The notes beneath the pieces were generated by a model that saw nothing but the letters and a program-made list of their open reading frames with translations, was not told where the DNA came from and did no database searches. Shown in pieces: positions 38,271-51,353 of a stretch of DNA of 64,000 nt. Position numbers and translations under genes: made by a program. Origin of the DNA: Felis catus (lineage: Eukaryota); NCBI RefSeq assembly GCF_018350175.1, contig NC_058368.1:237896001-237960000 (forward strand), written 5' to 3'. The first letter of the stretch is position 1; each line of letters starts with the position of its first letter.

Positions 38271-39029
38271 GAGTTTAACTTTCCAGCTACTCTTACAAAG
38301 TGCGTGCGAGGTGCTGTGTCGGGACAGGAGGGCCCCGGCTCCCCCATTCTGGCCCCGACGGCGGCCATCCGCCTCAGGAGGAGATCCTGGCCCTCGTGAG
38401 CCCGGCTCAGGGGAAACCTCCTGACAGGAAACTCAGACTGTAAGTCAGAAACAAGCAAAGAGAAAAGAGGTCCCGCCTCAAGGCTGCGTCTTGTTTCTCC
38501 ACCAACACGTCTTCCCGTGAGAGTACTTTTCCTCGGGGAGCACACAGTTGAGCACTTGGCTGGGATCACAGAGGGGGCCCCGAACCCCCGGCCCCGCCTG
38601 CACCCGTGACAAGGTCCAGCGGCAGAACAAACATTTTCCCTCGGCCTCTGAAGGAAACGGGGCTTCTTGCCGCCTCTCCTGAGCTATTTGTTCAGTCCTG
38701 AGCTGTTCCCCACACGCGGAAGGACTCACTCCGTCTCACAGACACCGAAGCCAAGCGGGCCTCGCGGAAACCGGGTGTTCGCTCCTTCTGCTCTGCCTCC
38801 AGGGACTTTGGTAATCTTGGCTAATACGACTTTTAAACTTTACCGTTTTAAATTACAAAATGATTACTTGTGATGTATTCAATTTAGAAAGGCGGGAAGT
38901 GTAGAGAAAGGGGAAGAAAATAAAAATCAGCAGAGATTAGAAGGCACCAGGGTGTATGTCCTATTATCTCTCTTTCCAATGAAGTCATAGTTTTAGCCAC
39001 GAGTATAAAATCTGGGCTGTGGCCCAAGT

Positions 39030-39360
39030 CAGGGTCCACCGACCACCGTGCCAGGCCCAGCGTGCCCTGTGCTGGCTTCTGTACGGCCTCCAAGCTAAGA
39101 ACCTCTTCCATGTTTTCAAACGGCTGGGGGAAAAAAGTTAAAATCAGAATATTTCAGGACATGGGGAAGTTACCTGGAATCCAAAGTTCAGTGTCCACGG
39201 ACGAGTCTGCGGGCACGGGCCCCACCCCTGTTCACCGCGGCCGCAGCTGCTCCCCCCCCCACCCCCCGAGACCCCGGAGCCGGCGGCCAGTGGCGGGGAG
39301 CGCGGCCCGCAAAGCCACCGTGTCTGAGACCCCGCTGCGCACGCGGCTGCACCGTCCCTG
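39030..39360 (+). mobile_element. MER58B-like hAT-Charlie DNA transposon (MITE)
   Basis: Termini caggg...ccctg. Internal tgtacggcctccaagctaagaac...gaatatttcaggacatggggaagttacctggaatccaaagttcagtgtcca...ggcccgcaaagcc is collinear with the MER58B consensus. Confidence 0.85.
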
Positions 39361-41580
39361 CAGCTCTGCGGGCACCTTCCGCCGTCGACCCCCGTTTCAC
39401 AAGCCGAAGAGGAGACGAGGACACGAAGCAACGTCCCGAGCCTCCCACGCGGAAGCCACGGGGCGTCTGTTAGACGAGTCGCTCCGGGATGTGTGTGGAC
39501 CGAGGCCCGGAATCAGGCGCGTGGGGGCACAAGGGTCCCCAGCGTCTTCTTGGCGGTTTTCCGCACGTGCCGTCCGCCGGGCGCCAAGAGGCCAGAAAGG
39601 CAGAAACGAGCAAGCCCCGCCCACCAGGCGCTCCGTAGAAACGCAGGCCTTGGAGGGGTGGCCTCTGCGCCCTCGGGATGTAGGCGTTGGACGTCAGCAC
39701 TCGCCAGCGCGCTAACCCAGTTCCGCGGGAACTGCTGCAGGTGGGGTGGGGTCTCCAGGTTCAGTGTGGGGGGGGGGGGGCAACAGTTCCCGGAGGAGAG
39801 GCCTGGGCTCCGAGGAAGCGCCCCCATCCCCCGCCCTAGGAACCTGGCCACTCAGACAGTGCTCACCGAGGGGGCAGGGACCACCCGGCCCTGTCACACA
39901 ATCACATGCCCAAAGAACCACCGCGGCTGGTTTTGCGGGACCCTGGATTCCTGGATCTGACGATCAGAATCGAAGTCCCACGCCCACGGCCGACGGGGAC
40001 CCTCACAGAGATCAGTGGACATCCCTGGAGAGAACACGTGCACAGGGGATCAGAGCAGCCACCATCCCAGGCCCCTGACTCTTTCTAACAGAAAAATAAA
40101 TGGGGGTGCGTTTGGGGAAGAAGAGGGACGATTTCTTACTTATAGGCAGAACACTTGATTTATTCAGAGTGTAAGAAAAATAGTTGTGTGTGCGACCTCA
40201 AAGGTTCGTAAAATCAATCTTTTGCAAGAGAATGACTTTCCAAAGATTTATTAAAGCTTGCTGGGATTTTCAGCATGTTAAGGAAAATCCAGGAAAACAC
40301 ACCTTTTCCTGATGGCTTTAGAAACCTCTGCACCTTTTCCTACAATTTCCCCCATTTTGTAGCTTTTCTGTTGTTTTCTGCGTATAACCTTTCCCGTACT
40401 TTCCACTTTCATGAGCATGTGCTATCATTCTCTCCCTTTCTTTTTCTTCTTGCTCCTACAAGCTAGCTTGAATAAAGGAGTCATTATCAGCCGCCCCACA
40501 ATGGACCCACACATCCTCAGTCAAGACGCCAAACGGACGAAATATTGATCAGTCTTCCGTGAGTAATAGCGGTCCCCTGGAAGGAGCAGGCACAAGTTCA
40601 TGGGTCTGCCCGTGCCCGCCGCGAACGAGGCATCCCACAGCCCAGAGTCCAGCCTCGCGGATCGTAATCACTCCCTACAACAATAAACGTCAAGACTGGT
40701 GTTATTTATCGACCACAGTCAATGACCGTCTGTGGGCTACACGTTGAAAGTTCATTTTACGAACCAGCATCCCGATTGGATTGTCTGCTTTCTTCCAGGG
40801 ACCGCTGAGAGGCTGAAAGTTAACCCCGGAGCTTCCTGCCGGGCCGGCCCATCCGCGGCAGCCAGATACCCCGCCCCCCGCTCCGCCACCGAGCCTGGGG
40901 CGCCCCCGTGGCGAGTGCGGGGAAGACCAGCAGCAGGAGCTGGCGGAGCCTCTGCACGGCCCCGGCGAGGAGCAGCGTGGGGCTGGCGGCGGCCCTGCCA
41001 CTCTGCACCACCCACCCACAGGCACCGAAATGGCCAGCCAGCGGCCAGGGGGCGGTGACCGTGGACGGACGTTGCAGCCTGCCCGGCTCTCGGTGCCGGT
41101 GTCTGGACACGCAGGGAGGCCAGAGGCGAGGGAGTTCGCTGGGTGTGGAGGTCGCCGGGTGTGGAGGTGGCCGTCACCAAGCCTGCCGACACCTGGAAGC
41201 CCGGCCGGTCTGAGCACAGAGGCGGCACGTCCGCCACTGTGCTTCTGTTCCGCGGGAACCCTGGCACACAGCAGGTTTGCCTAGAGAAGATTTAATTCCG
41301 TTCTGGGTCCAACTCACAATTCTGTTTCGAGATTAGACGCCATATCACACATTATACGGGCAGCGGCTGAATTGCGGGAAACGTGGGTCGTGCCCTTGGG
41401 GATCTCAGGATGCCCCATCCCTTCTTCTAGCAAGGCGGCCTTCGAGGGTCATGGCCAGTTGGTCTTGCTCCCAGTGGAGTCGAGACTCTGGGCAGCTGCC
41501 TTGCCGAGCGAGTCCTGGCCTCGTCTCCGTGGACGTCCCACCCACACTCAGAACCCTGACCAGTCTTGAGGCATGATTTA

Positions 41581-41793
41581 TTTAATTTTAATTTTTTTAA
41601 GCTTATGTATTTATTTTGAGACCGTGAGAGAGCATGAGTGAGGAGAGGCAGAGAGAGAAGGAGAGAATCCCAAGCAGGCTCCCCACTGTCAGCACAGAGC
41701 CCGATGCGGGGCTCGAACTCACAGACTGTGAGATCACGACCTGAGCCGAAACCAAGAGGCGGATGCTCCACCGATGGAGCCACCCAGCCACCC
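41581..41793 (-). mobile_element. CAN-SINE (SINEC_Fc3-like), antisense
   Basis: T-rich tail, then gagagaatcccaagcaggctc...gcggggctcgaactcac...gacctgagccgaaaccaagag...gagccacccag. TSD gaggca(t/a)gattta at 41568-41580 and 41794-41806. Confidence 0.95.
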
Positions 41794-42488
41794 GAGGCAA
41801 GATTTAAAACCCATGGAGTCAGCCTGGCAGGACCACGGACTCTGCACATAACTAACTCCTGAAACATCAGAGGAAGGATGACAGGGCCATGATGAAGCCA
41901 CAGAAATCAGTGACCACAGCGCCCAAAGCCAAGCCCATGTCCGGTAGTTTGTGGGCAAAGGTAAACTGTAGAAACCAGCCACCTTCCTAGAGGAGTCGAC
42001 ACTCCACGGTCGTACCCCCACCGTGTAAACGCCACACTCGGGCTCCCGGCCAAGCCGGTCCACCACCGCTGACCCCGGGGCTGGGCGGACGCCCTTCTTC
42101 CAGAGATGGGCCCAGCGGGGCTCCGGGCCTTTGAGTCTCCTGTCCTCACTGACAGTTCAGCTCTCCTGTCTGTAAGTGATGGAAACAGGAGGAGACGGGG
42201 TCACGGTGTGGAGCCCTGGACCGGTGTTGACCTCTAGGGGCTTTTCTGAGCTACTCCCTCCCAGCCCCTGCCCCCTGCCCTCCCACTTTTAACCTCACAT
42301 TAAAATACATGTAAATGGACTATTTTTTCTTTGACTGTGTGTGATCTGTCCGAAAGAGGAGGCAGCTTCAGATGCCTGGGGGGTCCGGGGGGCCTGGGAG
42401 GGACAGCCGTCGTGCCGGGTCCGGGAGGTATGGGTCCAGGCCTGGTTTGTGCGGCTGAACGTTCTCTGTGAGAAGGGGGTGTCCCTGG

Positions 42489-42769
42489 GGTAACAGGCTG
42501 AACTGTGCCTGTTCAAAATCAGGATGTCGGAGTGCCAGCACCCCAGAACTCAGAATGGGGCTGCACATGGCCGGCGTCCCGAGAGGAGGATGTCAGGACA
42601 CAGATACACACAGAGGGATGGCCGTGTGAGCACGGGGAGGAGACGGGCCCGGGGAGAGGCCTGGGTCTCGGACGCCTGGGTCTCAGACGGCGAAAAAACA
42701 CACAAACACGCCTCTGTTCTCGAAGCCCCCGTCTGTGGTCGCTGTGCACACACTACCAGGGAATCCACA
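42489..42769 (+). mobile_element. MLT1B-like MaLR solo LTR (internally deleted)
   Basis: ggctgaactgtgcc...caaaatcaggatgtcggagt...ccccagaactcagaatg...ggacacagatacacacagagggatggccgtgtgag...tctgttctcgaagcccccgtctgtggt...aca follows the order of the MLT1B consensus. Confidence 0.75.
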
Positions 42770-43730
42770 AGGACCCATTCGGAGGACCCAGGGTGGATGT
42801 GCAGCTGGTGACACACAGTGTGGCCGTGCGGGGAAAGCCTCGCCCGGACAGGGGCCACCGGGCTGGTCTGCACAGACGAGAAGGCCCCTCCTGCCTGCCT
42901 TCCAGGCCACCTGCTTGATTCTGGGCGGGGGATGCGTTCGTGAGGAGGTGGCTGGTGCCGAGTGCCGCAGAGACCGGGGCCACAGCGTGACTGCGTCCAT
43001 TCCCCTGACGAAACCAAGTCCCTGGTACGCGGCCCTGGAAGGCACTTTTGGCTGGGGACTGCAGCCACTGTCGCTCAAGGACAGCTCAGCCCCTCCCACT
43101 CTGCGTCCCCTAGTCCCTCCTCTGCGGAGGAGATGGGAAACTCCAGACCAGGGAGAAACTGGATGCCACAGCGCGAAAGGCGCACCACAGAGGAAACACG
43201 AGGCAGGGAGAGAATATGTGGGTTCCGGGCGCCGGACCCCCCTGGGAGCACGGGCAAGAAGGCTGGCTGTGTCCCGGGTGAACAGAGGAGGTGACGGCGA
43301 CCAGGACGAGCAACTTCTGATTTTCAAACTGAAATTCGAGGCTGGCGGTCTGTGCTTTAGAACCACGAGCAGGGGGCACTTGGTTTGGGGGTTCAGTGTC
43401 CCACCTTTGTCCCTCATCCGCTCACAGAGACCCCAGAACCAGAACCACTTTGTGGGGAAGGCGTGTGGAGGGGCAGCTGCCGCAGGTCTCAGCAGCAGGA
43501 CAGCTCTGTGTCCCGGCTGCCCCCCAGCCCTCCGCGGCTCTCTGTCTCAGCTGTGGTCCTCTGCCCACGCCCAGCCCCCCTCGGGTCTCTGTCCCGGCCG
43601 TGGTCCTCTGCCTCATTGGAATGCATGGCCCGGCCCCCAGCCCCCAGGGGGTCAGCGGCCCCCATCTGGACCAGGAGCCCCGCAGGAACTCCTCGCTCTT
43701 CCAGGAAAGTCAGCTCCTTCCGTAAGGGGA

Positions 43731-43763
43731 GCCGTGGGTGCCGTGGGTGCCGTGGGTGCCGTG
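43731..43763. repeat. 9-bp tandem repeat (gccgtgggt) x3.6
   Basis: gccgtgggtgccgtgggtgccgtgggtgccgtg. Confidence 0.9.
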
Positions 43764-44539
43764 CTTGTCTGGAGCTGGGCTCCAGGCATCAAGGAGCTAA
43801 ACCCACCCTCCCTGACGTCCTGATGCCAGGGGACATACGGGCCTCCCCTGGGCCGTCGGGCGGTCAGAGGAATGAGTGTAACGCTGTGCGAGGGCATCTG
43901 GGACGAGGCAGTTTGCTCGTGACGGAAGCTGATATTCCTTCAAATGCCCTGTCTCCTGTCCAGGGACACTTCAGACGGGTGGCTGTGGAGTCTCTTTCTC
44001 ATTGAATCTAATGGGGACCAAATCACGTATTCCCCTAACGGAGCGATGACGAGAATGTCAGACTCCTGATGGCACACGCACGTGCACAGTAACTAGAATC
44101 CATTGTCCCCAACTATTGCCGTGGACGTGAGAGCCAGCGACCTCTGCTCACGGTTTCCTTCGATCTGAGTCTCAGGGCTCCGTGGGTCCGCCCTTTCTCA
44201 GTGGGACCCACGGCCGTCGTCTGGGGAACGTGGAAAACCAGCGTCCGTGGGAGCTGTGGAGACGGTCGGCCATGCTGTGTCCACACAGACCCCTGTAAAC
44301 TGTCACGCGGGCCACCGTCCCGTCTGCCCTGGACTCCCCGTCCGGGGCACAAACCCGACACACCAGGCATCCCCAGAGGAGGCGGGCAGAGGCGGGCGTC
44401 TGCCATCATCGTACTGAGGCAGTTGTAATAACTCCGTCGTTAAGGTGAAGAAGTAACCCAAAACGGTCACTCCCGATTGTCCCAGGGAAAAGAGCACTTT
44501 TTCGGGTTTGTTTCTGCCCAAACGACATACAGATTTTCT

Positions 44540-44785
44540 TTCCATTTTTTTTCCTGCTGTAATTTCAAACTTGGACACACATTTCTCCAGCGCATTTCAA
44601 GAACCAGAGCATTTTTAAAATTAATTTTTAATAATGTGTAATAATCTGAGTGGCCCTGGTCTGTGTGCAGAATTAGAATTCCTCTGATAGAAAAAGAAAT
44701 ATTTGTGCAGAGTTTTATGAGCAAAGTTGACCTGAGGCTTCCTGAGGCTGATTGAGAAATTGCAGGCAAGGCAGCTTGCTTAACC
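44540..44785. promoter_or_regulatory. Candidate conserved non-coding element
   Basis: Sharply bounded AT-rich island (aaattaatttttaataatgtgtaataatc; ttttatga) in very GC-rich flanks. Confidence 0.3.
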
Positions 44786-47700
44786 CCTTCCGCGTCCTCT
44801 CCCTCCCCGGGCCCCCGCCGGGTGCCCACAGAGGAGCCAGCGGCCGGGCTCCGGGACAGACAGACCCTGAGCGGGAACAGGGGTTTCATGTAGATGCCCG
44901 GACACCACGAGGTCACAGGGGGACACTTTCATCCCACGGACACCGAGCCCCCACGTCCCCGAGGATCGTGGGAGGACGCCCCGTCTGCCTGTCCGACGCG
45001 CCCGCTCGGATGAGGCCAGGAGCCGTGGAGGCACCTTGCTCCCCAGCCCTGGCTCGGCACCCTCAGCCGGGCCTGTCACTCTGAACGGGGGTCCCCGGCG
45101 GGGCGGGGCCCTAATCCGGCAGCGGGCACGAGACCAGTGTCTGGTCCGTCCAGAGCCATCTGTACCACAGACGTCAGCCGAGGGTTGAGAAGGACATCCA
45201 TGCTATCCCAAAATAAGAAGCCGGAAACAACGTCCGTGTGTGTCCCTGGAGAACTTGGCCGTCGGGGAGGACGGACCTCGCCCCAGCAAGGAACTGGAGT
45301 CAGACCTCCCTGCCCTGGTTCTGCTAATGGCTAAGTACGGGTTTCAGGCACTGCCAGGGACTCAGACACTGAGTCTAGGGCTCAGAGGATGCTCTTCCCA
45401 AAACCAGGCTGAGAAGAAATTCGTTTCCAGCCCCTGCTCCCCGAGGGCAAACAGACCTGGAACCAGGGCTACGGAACGGAGCTCGGAAGAAGAGTGAAGG
45501 CGGCCGCCCAGGGGGCTTCCTCACTTTCTGCTGGGCCGCTAAGGGAGGCCCTTGGAGCGTCGCGTCCCGGCCGGGCGTGGACTGAGCACGGGAGGGGAGC
45601 ACGGCAGTCGCAGGCGTCGGGGGCCGTAAAAAGAGCACACTTGTTGCTGGGGTCCAAACAAGAGAAAAACCAGCAGGCCCCTCTGAACCGCTTGCCGCGA
45701 TTCCGTTCTGTGGAACGCTTGCCTGAAATAGCCCGTCCTTTTCAACCGGCGCCTGCTCTCCGTCACGGCCAGAAACAAAGCGCACGTGACCGTGGACCCT
45801 TGGGCGGGGGCCGCGCCCGGCGACGGTCGCGGGGCGCGGCCTGCCGACCACGCCCTGGCCGTGACCCCTGGCGAGACACGGGCCGCTGGGGCCACGTGGG
45901 CACATGCTCGCGCCCCTGGGGAGCAGGCAGAGGTGGTGACTCTTTCCCCAGGTCTCCGTCTGTCACCTTCCTGCTTGCCCTCTCAGGCAGGAAGTGGGGT
46001 TTTTACCGGGAAACCGAGGAGCTTGTCTCCAGCCCGTGGGTGGCGTCCGGCGTCCACGTCCCCGGTCCTTCTCCTGCGGGTCCTGAGCCTGCTGCAGAGA
46101 GGACACTGACACGTGCAGTGAGCAGGATCCCGTGTCCCCCAGGCCCCCTGCTTGGGGACAGACGGTGACCTGACATTCCCCGCTGGACACTTGAACTCCA
46201 CAGCCCGGCCTCCTCTCCCCAGACTCAGCGAGTTCGCCCCTGACACAGAGAGCCTTTCCTGGACCGCCACCAGGTTGGCGCATGGCGGCCAGGGAGCGCC
46301 AGCCTGGCCCGGGTGACCGTGGTCTCCCTGCCCCAGGAGCAGCTCGCCGGGCGCATCCCTCCCGGCTCCGCCTCCTGGCCCAGGGTGGGTCACGCTTGCC
46401 AAGATTCTGAAGCACCAGAACCAGCCCTCGGGGTCGTTCCCCGGCCGCGGTCTGAGGTTAGCCTTTTCTGCAGACCCTCAACCACACACAAGCCCTGCCA
46501 TCTCCCCTTCTCGGTTCCAGACTGTGGTCCAAGGCTTTCCTCCGGCCAGAGAAATGAAGCCTTGGGCACTTAGTTCCTTTGCTTGCAAACTTGTCTGCAG
46601 AAGTCTTACAAATAGCTGTTTAAAAGGTTTCATGATATCGAAAGCGTTCTTTAAGTAAAATGGAACAAATTCAAGGAAGCTGGTGTTAGAAGAAGAGAAC
46701 CACCATATGTAAACAGCACTGAGACTCCAGTGTGAAGAACCAAGCAATTGCAAAGGGAGTCTCAGGACATCAACGTCCGAATACAGATTTTTCTCCCCCT
46801 AAAACCTCCTGTGTTCCCGCTGGAACATCATCCAAAAGGAAGCCACCGCATCCCTCAGAAATGAGCTGTCTCAAACCCTTTCTTTAAACAAGGAGTTCGT
46901 TAGTAACAAACATAATTTTATTGGAATGTGATTGCTTTAAATCACTCTCCAAACATTAGTTAAATGTATAAAAACCCTAACAGAGTTCATCTGATAAAAC
47001 TGCATCAAAGCTTCCCCCCAGAACATTCCGCGCTGGTGAAATTGTAGAAACTGCATTGTTTCAACAACATTAACATTGAGGTGCTGAGCCAGACGGGTTC
47101 GAGGGGTTCACATGCCTCAAAGTGTCTAAAACGACTTAAACACAAAGAGATCGCAACACGAATCAATCAAACCTGTTTGCCAACAATGTGCACATCTGTA
47201 ATGGTAATGAACATATCTTGCGGTCTTAAAAAATACAGTGACTTTTCTGAGAGCTTTCATCAAAACGAAGGACAGATGTAAGGGCACATTTAAATGTGTG
47301 TTGCCTCCCGCAAAGGCGTGAGAGTTTAAAGGAACCCCTAAGTAACAGGAAAACTTAAGCAAGTTTTCCACTGCGAAACGTCATTACTTCCAGGAAGAAG
47401 CCCTTTCCTTACAGAACAGCAGCAAAGCCACTTTGCGAAGGGCCACCGCGTGGAGTGAAAGCCACGGAAGACGACGCGTGCGGCTCCGTCCAGCTGTGTG
47501 TCCAGGGCGGTTGTAGCAAACGGATGACAGGGTGACGGTTGGAAACCGAGCGTCCTTTCTCTCCCGTCACTTCCTGGTGTTCCTGATGGGAACCCAGCAG
47601 GGAACCACAGGCTGTCTGGGAGGACGAGGGACATTCGCAGGTGGTTCGGGGACCGTCTGGGGACTTCCTGGCGCTTTGGGTGGGGCAGTTGGGTTCCTCC

Positions 47701-49274
47701 GGGAGGAATCTCCAGCACCTCCCACCCTCACTTCTGGGCGAGAGAAACCAGGAAGGCGCCTCCCCCCCAGTGCCACCCCCAGGCTGGGTGACCGGGAACG
47801 TGGCCACAGGGGAGAAGGTGGCTGGTGCCCAATGGTGTGAAACAGAGACACCTGCTGGCAGAGCCGTGGGCAATGCCTGCCCTGCTCCGGGCTCCGTGGC
47901 CCCGGATAGATGAGGCGTTTCTAATCTGCCCTCAGACTTGAATGGGAGCGAGCACGGGGTTTCACACACGCTGATGTGAAACCTGGAGACCGTGGCCCTC
48001 ACGCTGTGCTCCGGGGCGCTAAGCCCGTCCCCCGTCCCGCGGTGACCACCCTGCAGCCACCCCCGGGGACCGGGCTCCGGCACCTGATAGGACGCACCCA
48101 GGGACGCCGAGGCCAGCAGGTGCCTGAGCCTGCCTGCCGTGTACATTTCTGGTGTGTGTGTGTGTTTAACCCATGGATTTGATCGGTGGATAAAATACGG
48201 GCACGGACCACCAAAGTGTCTTTGAAGTCTCTTTGTGAGCACAGAAGCTGGCCCAAGTCCTTGAGTCTGACTGTAGAAGTGTCGCCAGCGGGTACCTGCG
48301 TGGCTGGGGCCGGAATCGGCGCCAGCTTCGGAGACGCGCTCTGTGTCCCGCCTCAGCCTGTGTGCTCCGCCGGGGCCCCGCAGGAGCGGCCTCATGGCCT
48401 CCGCGCTTCCTCGCTGGTTTTATTCCCTGACCCCGAGTCATACTGGCAGCTGCCAGAAGGCAGGGCTTGGAGACTGGGGGCTGGGGGCCCAGGGCGGGCA
48501 CGGCTTGCGGCCTGTGTGTTTGCTTTGTTTCGTTCGTGACTTTCATGGTGCCCGCCTCCTACAGCGTAAGTGCGCGTGAGGAAGCGCAGAGATGTGTCCA
48601 AAGCCGTGGGACGGTCACGGGAGCGGGCCCTTCCGCCGTCCCCTGGCCGAGCCCTGGGCGGTTCCCGGGCAGACGTGTGGCCTTGCGGGAGGGGGGACGG
48701 CGCCTCGGCCCTGGAGGAGGGCCCCCCTTCACCGGCACCCTCAAGCGTCTGCGGAAACGCACGTCCTGGCTGCTGGCCGTCCGTCCCCAGCGGAGACAGG
48801 AGCCGCTCTCTCCATGAGGCCTCACGTTCCCCCCCCCCCCCGCCCCCGACGTCGCGAAGCTTCAGCGAGAGGTTTCGGGAGCCAAGCCTGATGTCCAAGC
48901 AGCGGGGAGGACAGGAGCCTGCCGTCCCCGTCCGGGGTCGAAGGCTGGCACCAGCTGCACAGGGTGTTTACATACGTGTCAGAGTGATGACAAGCGTCAC
49001 TTCTCAGGGGCGGGGCGGGGCAGTGGCCGCAGGCTCGGGTCAAACTGTTGAAACGTGTGCCTCGTTCACGTGGAAGGCTCCCGGGAAGGCACAAGCCCCA
49101 CAGAGGTGCTGAGTTGTGACGGCTGGGAGCCCGGTGCCCCGAACAGACTCGGTAAGTGCCATGGCTGGTGCGCGCTGAGCGGGCAGGCGGGGAGCAGGGC
49201 GGCCCGCGGGCTCCTCTGGACGGGGCGCTGAAAGCCAGACTGGGCTCTCCGCTCTGGTTTTTTTCCATCCCTGC

Positions 49275-49445
49275 CGTGCAAAGATAATCAGGTTTATGTA
49301 AAGTGTGAGTGCTCCTTTGACAGCCCGCGGTATCTCATTAATTCAATCACAGCAAACTCTATTGTTCCCAAAGTGTTTGAAATGCGGATGGGGACCTCGC
49401 TTTTCTAATCCCGTCAATCACTGTTAACATTTTTCTTGCAGTTGC
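49275..49445. promoter_or_regulatory. Candidate enhancer with TALE/TCF/Sox/K50 motifs
   Basis: CCTTTGA 49314 overlapping TGACAG 49318, ATTGTT 49361, TAATCC 49406, GTCAATCA 49413. Confidence 0.35.
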
Positions 49446-50399
49446 CATGGCTGGGGCCAGAGTTCATGAAAACACAGAGTAAGAGCCAACAAAACAAGAA
49501 TAAAGACTTATTTGAGATACTCTTTTTAAAGGACATCGACCATGCACAAAACACGGAAAGTGAATGTGGACAAGTTTGGACACTGCTTGCTGAGAGGGAA
49601 GACGGTAGAAAGGGAATTTGAAAATCAAATAGGCCCATAAAAACTTGACCCAGGAGTCTCTGGGAAAAACCCGATGAATCGCCCCCTCGTAGAACAATGT
49701 TCTTTCTTTCGTGTGTTCTTTGGGGACAATGGCTCGTGTATTATAACACATGCCACTGGGGTCTTTACAGCGTTGTAAGCGGCTCAGGCCCACAGAACGC
49801 TGAGAGCCAACAAGGGCCCGCGGGCCCGCGACGCACTCTTTCTCCGGCTTCGCCAAAAACAAGCACTGGGAAAATTATTCATGCATGGAGGCCAACAAAG
49901 CGGGGACGGAGATTGGTGATGTCACACAGCGAGATCACGTGACACAGTCAGAGAAAGGAGGCACACATTCGCCCCGAGACGTTGTTAAATTCCCGTTTCA
50001 CGTGCACGAGCGGCCCGGGCGCCCGGGACCTCGGAAGCCAGGGCTGCCTCTGCTGTCGTGCGGTCGGGGAGACCGGCGGCAACGGCCGATCCCCCGACTT
50101 GTGGGGTTACCCGCGGGACGCCCCCAAGAGCACCGTGCAGACCCCGGCCCGCACCCCGGCCTCCCCCCCCACAAAACACACCGCCGGGGGCTTCGCTGGC
50201 TGGGACGCGGGCGCCCGGCGCAGGGAGGGCCTCTCTTGGCCTCACTTTTCCACTTGGGCCAACGGCGCGTGACACTGGGAGGCGGGCGAGCACGAAGTGT
50301 GATTTAAGTTGCTCCTTACACATCCTTCTGTTTTCCCGTCGGAGGCATGTGATGTCCCAGCTCGGGAAGAGCCCTCTGTGCCTCCCGGCCTCACTCGGT

Positions 50400-50725
50400 G
50401 CCACAGTCTGGCCCCTCCAGGTCCCACCCCCACGTCTCTGGCTGTGACATCTTCCAGAACGTCCCCCCTCACCCCTGGGGAGGCTCCCAGAGGAGCCTCT
50501 TCTCCTCGAGGCTTTTCCTAACACCCAGAGCTCCCGCCGGCCCCCCTGCTCTGTCGAGGTCACGTCCCTGAGCGGGGGGCTGCCTCCCCAGAGCGCCTGC
50601 TCACCCCGGGGCCCATGCTGGTCTTGGCCCCGGGCGGGAAGCTCCAGAGGACAGAGGCCTCCCTTTCCGTGTCTCCTCGTGTGTCTGCAGCGCCCTGGAG
50701 GGCATCTGGCTCGGGAGCGTGTTCC
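50400..50725 (+). mobile_element. L2 3' remnant
   Basis: gggaagctccagaggacagaggcc...gtgtctgcagcgccctggagggcatctggctc resembles L2 (tgtaagctccatgagggcagggac...gtatccccagcgcctagaacagtgcctggcac). Confidence 0.5.
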
Positions 50726-51179
50726 CCCATGACGGCATCAGGAGCATGTCCTGCGGTGACCGCAGGGGCTCGTAAGGAACCGCCTCCCCGTTTGTCCCCG
50801 TTCTAGTCCCCCCTCCGTTGGTGGCTTCACCTTCTCACGTGCAGATCCCGCATCGCATCCCGGCAAGGTAGGAAGAGACCCCACTCGGTAACTAGCGTTT
50901 GTGCACAAGAAGCGGCACGAGCGAGCCTGCGACCTACACTCAAACCAGGGCTCTTCGCCAAGAAAATAGGACTTCAAGAAGCATTCAGAGAAGCCCCGGC
51001 CTGGGCCATCTTCTTGTTTTAATTGCCTTCTCCCGCAACCGGGCGCTGCCTTCAGGAGCGTGTGCGCCACCCCCCAGCGGCAGTCGTGGAAACCTTCTCA
51101 CCTGTGTGTGTTTCGCGTCTTATGGTCTTTCTCTCAGAGCACGTCTTCTGTTTTCACCATGGAGCCTTGTAATTTTAAA

Positions 51180-51353
51180 AGTTGTTTGAGAGAGAGACAG
51201 ACAGACAGAGTGCAAGCGGGAAGGGACGGAGAGAGAGGGAGACACAGAACCCGAAGCAGGCAGAGCCCGACGCGGGGCTCGAACCCACGAACCGCGAGAT
51301 CATGACCTGAGCCCAAGTCGGACGCTCAACCCACTGAGCCACCCAGGCGCCCC
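51180..51353 (-). mobile_element. CAN-SINE (SINEC_Fc2-like), antisense, with internal deletion
   Basis: gcggggctcgaacccacgaaccgcgagatcatgacctgagcccaagtcggacgctcaacccactgagccacccaggcgcccc. A 20-nt TSD tggagccttgt(a/g)attttaaa lies at 51160-51179 and 51356-51375. Confidence 0.96.

Noticed and set aside
42735..43823. Longest ORF (362 aa, + strand)
   Set aside because: Pro/Gly/Arg/Ala-rich with no recognisable domain. It begins in an MLT1B remnant and includes a 9-bp repeat. Such ORFs are expected in GC-rich DNA.
47409..48395. 328-aa minus-strand ORF; likewise 21176-22144 (322 aa) and 37483-38259 (258 aa)
   Set aside because: No domain similarity, overlapping ORFs occur in several frames, and stop codons are depleted by high GC.
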